Shown here: in pieces, positions 55,040-64,000 of the stretch
How positions within the stretch are numbered: position 1 is the first letter of the stretch
Layout: each line of letters begins with the position of its first letter
Assembly (NCBI RefSeq): GCF_009914755.1
Contig: NC_060929.1
Length of the DNA stretch: 64,000 nt
DNA from: the human T2T-CHM13v2.0 reference genome, Homo sapiens
Strand: one strand, 5' to 3'
The notes under the pieces: model-generated
What the model was told of the DNA's origin: nothing
Databases searched by the model: none
Seen by the model: the letters and a program-made list of their open reading frames with translations, nothing else
Translations under genes and position numbers: made by a program

Positions 55040-55293
55040 TAGCATTTATTTAATAAACATTTATATGTAATATAAATCAGACATTGTTCTAAGTGCTTTA
55101 CTCATTAAATTTTTGTAAAAATCTTACGAGGTGGATATTATTTTCCTAGTTTTATGGATGAGGAAATTGAGGCACAGAGAAGTTACATAATTTGTTCAAG
55201 ACTGCATAACTATTAAGTGGCAGAGCTTGGATTCCAACCCAGACATTTTGACTTGAGGGTATTTTGTCTTCAACATTATGCCATGCTGCCTCT
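55040..55293 (-). mobile_element. MIR, near full length
   Basis: gttctaagtgcttta...gatgaggaaattgaggcacagagaagtta...aagtggcagagcttggatt...catgctgcctc. Confidence 0.88.
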
Positions 55294-55471
55294 CCAAGTG
55301 GCATCTAAGAGGAGAGTGCCTGTAATTTCATGTTCATAGTAAGAGTTTATTGAATTTTTGTGCCTGTTTCTTATAACCATCAATGATGCTAATTAAGGAC
55401 CACTGACACTGGGAAACATGAGTACTTTCCCACTTTTACTTATAGACCTCCCTGTGGCTCACTTCTTAGAC

Positions 55472-55658
55472 CAGAGGTTTTGAAAGCGCAGGCTCTGGAC
55501 CAGTAAAGTCAACATCACCTGGGAACCTGTTAGAAATGCAAATTTTCTGACTCCACCCCACACCTACAGAATCAGAAACTCTGAAAGTAGGGCCCAGCTT
55601 TCTGCGTTTTAATGACACTTCTAGGTGATTTGGATGTTCCCTAAAGTTTGAGAACCTG
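55472..55658. mobile_element. MER5A MITE
   Basis: catcacctgggaacctgttagaaatgcaaatt...gaatcagaaactctg...aaagtttgagaacc. Confidence 0.85.
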
Positions 55659-58600
55659 TAACATAAAGTAATCTAGATGGAAAGAAAAAAAGGGTATCTG
55701 GAGCCTGTAAGTTATTGTTATGACCTTATCTTTGTAATTTAGATGGAGAATATAGTAGGAGTTTGTAGTAAAAGCACGTGCATTCTACCTTTGGTAATAA
55801 GAGAAAAAATTGCATTTATCAGGGACTAGGCTGGTAATTATTTGAGGTATAAGCAATGACCTCTTTAAACTTTAATCATCTCCAAGCATCCTAATGATCA
55901 AGAATCAGTGGTGCAGAAATACCTATTTTATGGCTTTTTGGAGAAGTTGATGTTCCAAAATTGATTTTTGCAGTCTTATAGAACTCAAAAGAAAGGTATC
56001 CGAAATAATATTCTGCATTAACACTATTTTTTCGGTATTCCTCTTATGAACTATTCACTGCAATCATTCTGAAGTGATTTGAAACAGTAAATAGTAAAGT
56101 TCATCTTTGTAAGAATTATAATTCTTAAACCTATGTTTGGTCTGTCATATTTTAGGTTGAGTCAAGAAAGCTACTATGAAGATTATTTCTTCAGAAATAT
56201 GTCCCCAACTCCTAGGCAATTATCAGATATTCCCTACACACTTTAGTTTTCCTTCTCAACATTTTTCTCTTTTTTTTGTAATTATGCATTTATTAGCATT
56301 TACCTACTTAAGCCTCATTTTCTCATCCATAAAATGGTGATAATTTTACCTCATTGGTTCTGTTGTCTTAAATGGCATGCATACTAAATATGTTAACCGT
56401 TTCTGTTATTTATTACTACTACTAATATACTAATACCACTACACAGTAAACCCCATGATGGCAAAGATGGTATATATTTTGTGCCATTGTGTTCCCTAGC
56501 ACCTAGTATGTATTCAGTAAATATTTGTTGAATGAGTGAATTGATAAATTGAATAATTCTAATCTTGATGAGATGCTATGACAATATGGAAATATGTACG
56601 GGGTCAGGAACAATTTTGGACATAATTGAGCATCATATTGAACATTTCTGTTCAATGTGACTTCTGAAAAAGGAATTACTAGCACAAAATTACAAAACCA
56701 ATAGCATCTCTGACTAAGATTTATACTTAGACCATAATTTAACACTTTTTCCCAGTCTGAGCTCTTTACTGCTTCCTCAAAACCCCTATTCTTTTACTTT
56801 ACTGTATGCTTCCTTAAAATGCCTTTGTGCTTTTGGTTTAAACCAAGTTGAAATCTAATTATATTTTAAAATTGAGTAGATTTTGGGCAGAAATATGGAC
56901 AGCTGATTCATAGTATTCTTCTAGGTATGAAATATATGTAAAGTAGTAAATTAATTTTTGTCCTCTGATGACAGTGAAGTTTTTGACATTACAGTCATCC
57001 TTAGTAGTTTCATCAACACATTAAGCAGATGAGTAGTATTTCTAAGCCATATGGAATTCCTAAGTTGAGAGCAGAGGGAACACTGGAGTTACTCATCTGA
57101 AGTCTGTGGGTGAAATTTGACTTTAAGCGGTTTACAATTTTAATGGCAGAATCAAGGTCATAGAGGAGCAAGAGACATATGGTGATTTAAACAGCTCCTG
57201 ATTTCAAGTCCTTCTAGGTCAGCTAAAATGCACTACCCAGATTCTTCTTCCAAAAATGCATAGAATTATGAGACATCTCAAATAGCTACTGAAAGCAAGC
57301 TAACACACCGGTATACTTGTGCTCACGCTTTCATTCTCCCTTTGCTCTATCATCCTCTCTCTCTTTCTCTCTGCTTTCTTGGTTTCTTTCATGCAGTCAG
57401 CAAATATTTATTGAGCACCTGCTTTGCCTCTGGTGCTGGCAATACAGTAAAAAAACAAAACAGACACGGTGCCTACTCTTCTTGAAATGTATACTCTGGG
57501 GACTCATTTAATTTTTCAAAAATATTATTTTAGGTCAAGTTCTACTAGCAGTTTTCTGTCCTTTCCTTTGCTTGTCTTACCTTTTATTCTTCCAAAAGTA
57601 AAAGATCCCTAAAAGTTTTCCCAGAATCCTGTCTTACCATTCTTATTTCTTAAAATTCTCTTTATGGGGAGTTAAAGTTACTGTAGGCAAAGATCTAGAG
57701 GAATATAGAAAAAGGAATTGAGAATGTGTTCACCAGATGTACAGAAACAATTCTATTAGTCAAGTTAATAATAGCTCAGAAGATATAAATATAAAAATTG
57801 TATAAAATGTCCTACGAAATCCCAGTTATTATATATACAAGTTTAAATATCCTTAGGGAATAAAGCTGAAGAGTATAAGATTTGTTTGAAGGATCATCAA
57901 AGCATATTTGAAAATACTATAGAAGAAAACTAACTGGGAACTGAAATTATTCTTATCCCAAACATGATGTTGGAGAATAAGTAAATGCCACGATAGTTTT
58001 TTTTTTTTACATTCTGTATTATTCATTGAGTTATATTTCATTGAATATAATACAGTACTTAATATTTATTGAGTATTATGCTCATGTCTTTTTATTACAC
58101 TGAAAAACACACAAATATGACAAATTGTCATTTATCTAAAAGTACGTGGGGAAACTGTAACAAAGGCTATATCAAAAATCAATTGGAAAGGGAATTTTCT
58201 CTCAATCCGTGGTGGTGAGATAAACTGGTAGCAATTTGGTAAGGCAACAGTTTAGACATTGCTTTTCACAGTATTATACTTTTAAAATGAATTAGAATTA
58301 CATATAAAATCAAGTTGTAAGAAAGAATAAAATATAACTTAATATTTATAAACTTTTGGACATGGAGATAAGACATTTAGAGGTTAGAAAACCCACAGAA
58401 AATAAAAAAGGTTAATGTTAGCAATTTTGAGTATCTAATAATATTCTAATCTAAAATATTAAAAGAATAATTCCAAGATAATAAGACAAATTACGAATTA
58501 AAACTAGTGCTTATCATACAAATAACTCATAAAAATAGGGAGAAACATACTACAAATTCAGGGTTTAAATGGAGAGTGGACATGGGCTGACAGGTCACAT

Positions 58601-58859
58601 GAGAGTGACTAAAATTGTTTTTAAAAATAAATGTAAAGTATGACAATTCAATGTAACCATATGTACAAATATAGCTCTGAATAGATTTTATTTTTTGAAA
58701 CATTTTTAGCAAAATTTAAAAAGCTGGACCATAACGGGATGATATCTTTACAGTAAATAGTAATATAAATTGTTCTACTCTTTGACCTTTTAATATTTTT
58801 GTTTTTTCGTGCATTTAACCTGATAGTCACTATTTGTTTCTTTCCACTTTTTAAAAGTT

Positions 58860-62560
<3,701 letters not shown>

Positions 62561-64000
62561 TGACCTTTTAATCTTATTACCAGGAGTCAGTCCTACTGAA
62601 ATAATCTTCAAATGTGTAAAATCTGGATGCTGAGTGTTACTCGTCTTGTTTTTATTATAATAGAAAAAAATCAGAACTAGTCATTATGAGAAAACGATTA
62701 TGGGAGTGCATGAAGATGGATAATGCTGATCTGTTGGTCTTTCAGGATTTCTTAAAAAGACCAACAACCTTTGCCAAACTGCATTCTGCAATATTCTTCA
62801 GTTGCTTTACATTACAAATAATCAAATGAAAATAATTAAGAAATAAATATTAAGAAATATTAAGAATCATTAAGAAATACTAAGTTCCAAAAAATATTTT
62901 ATTATGAATCCAATGAAATATTGGCCTGTTTATGAGCTTCCTGGATACTTTAAAAAATCCTAGGTCATTTAGCATATTCCTTTCTTTCTGAGTGTGAAAT
63001 ATTATCCATCTTTCCATTTTTGTTTTAACAGATGAACTTAACTAATATTACATATGTGTATTTTTTCTTTATTTGATTACATTAGGATTTTCTAAACATT
63101 TTTGTATCTCTTATTTATAACTATTTCTCTCCCATTGCATCTTGATGATTAGTATTAGCTTTGAAAAATGCCCAAGAAAGCAATTAAAATAGTCATTATT
63201 TTAGTAGTATTTCCTTTATAAAAATCGTATGTGGTGTAAGCATGAGAATACATTAATACAAAATAGTATAATATGATATAGCTAGACATTTAATGCATTT
63301 ATTTTAATTTGAAGAAGATAGTTTGTACTATATTCACCAATGTTTGTTTTAGTTATTGTAAGCAGTCACATTTTTCCCTCTAGTCAGTCTCAGGTCAAGG
63401 AGTATGTCATAATACTTTTTGTGTCCCCCTAGTGCCTTGTACTTACTAGATACTCAGTAAATTTCTAAAGAATTGATTAGGTGATTTGGGACATGTGACA
63501 CATACAATCTATTTAATTTTTTCTGTCACAGTCATATAAAAGTAAGCAGCTTCTTAACATTAGTGTATATTAATACAAGCAAAAACAAATTTTAAATTAG
63601 CTTAGTCATTGAATTAAAATGCTGATGAAACTGAAAGGAAGCTAGTATTTACATAGTATTAGAAGGAAACATGATTTTGCTAGCTTGTTTTAACTTGGTG
63701 GTTTTCATTTGAATTCTCCTGTAGATAGATATTTAATCAAACTTTAAAAAATATGGTTGATAATAAGTTTCAATATACTAGACTTAGAGTTTTCTAAAAA
63801 TATTGTATATTACATATTGATTTATGTATATCAATATTTCAGCTTAGAAAATTAGATACAACTTGTATCTCTATTGGTGTATGCATGTGTATGTATGTAG
63901 ATACATTTCATCCTAACTGCCCACTTAATACATTTCAAAGAAATATAAATGTAAAGGTAAGTATACTTGCAAAAAAATTACAGGTGAAGAGAAAATGAAG

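Noticed and set aside
62834-62885. Tandem attaagaaat-like units
   Set aside because: Degenerate AT-rich minisatellite without spacers; not CRISPR-like.

Overview
AT-rich primate (very probably human) intronic DNA from the middle of the FER non-receptor tyrosine kinase gene, transcribed on the + strand. Three coding exons are visible (19557-19649, 28160-28363, 32656-32778; 93+204+123 nt, all phase 0). They encode the pre-SH2 linker and the whole SH2 domain (FLVRES motif). No upstream F-BAR/FX exon, testis FerT-specific exon or kinase exon was recognised. The rest is intron filled with Alu, L1, L2, MIR, MaLR/ERV1 LTRs, DNA transposons and simple repeats; all other ORFs in the track are repeat-derived or chance. 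Main hypotheses: (i) a 420-nt stop-free three-exon unit bracketed by inverted Alus (candidate circRNA with an endless SH2 ORF); (ii) a compact alternative-donor/stop/AATAAA/U-rich cassette directly after the last SH2 exon (candidate kinase-less or +16 aa isoform); (iii) a ~1.1 kb polypyrimidine tract inside an Alu target-site duplication; (iv) a tailless 5'-half tRNA-Leu(AAG) retrocopy. Repeat boundaries and subfamily names are by eye and approximate.
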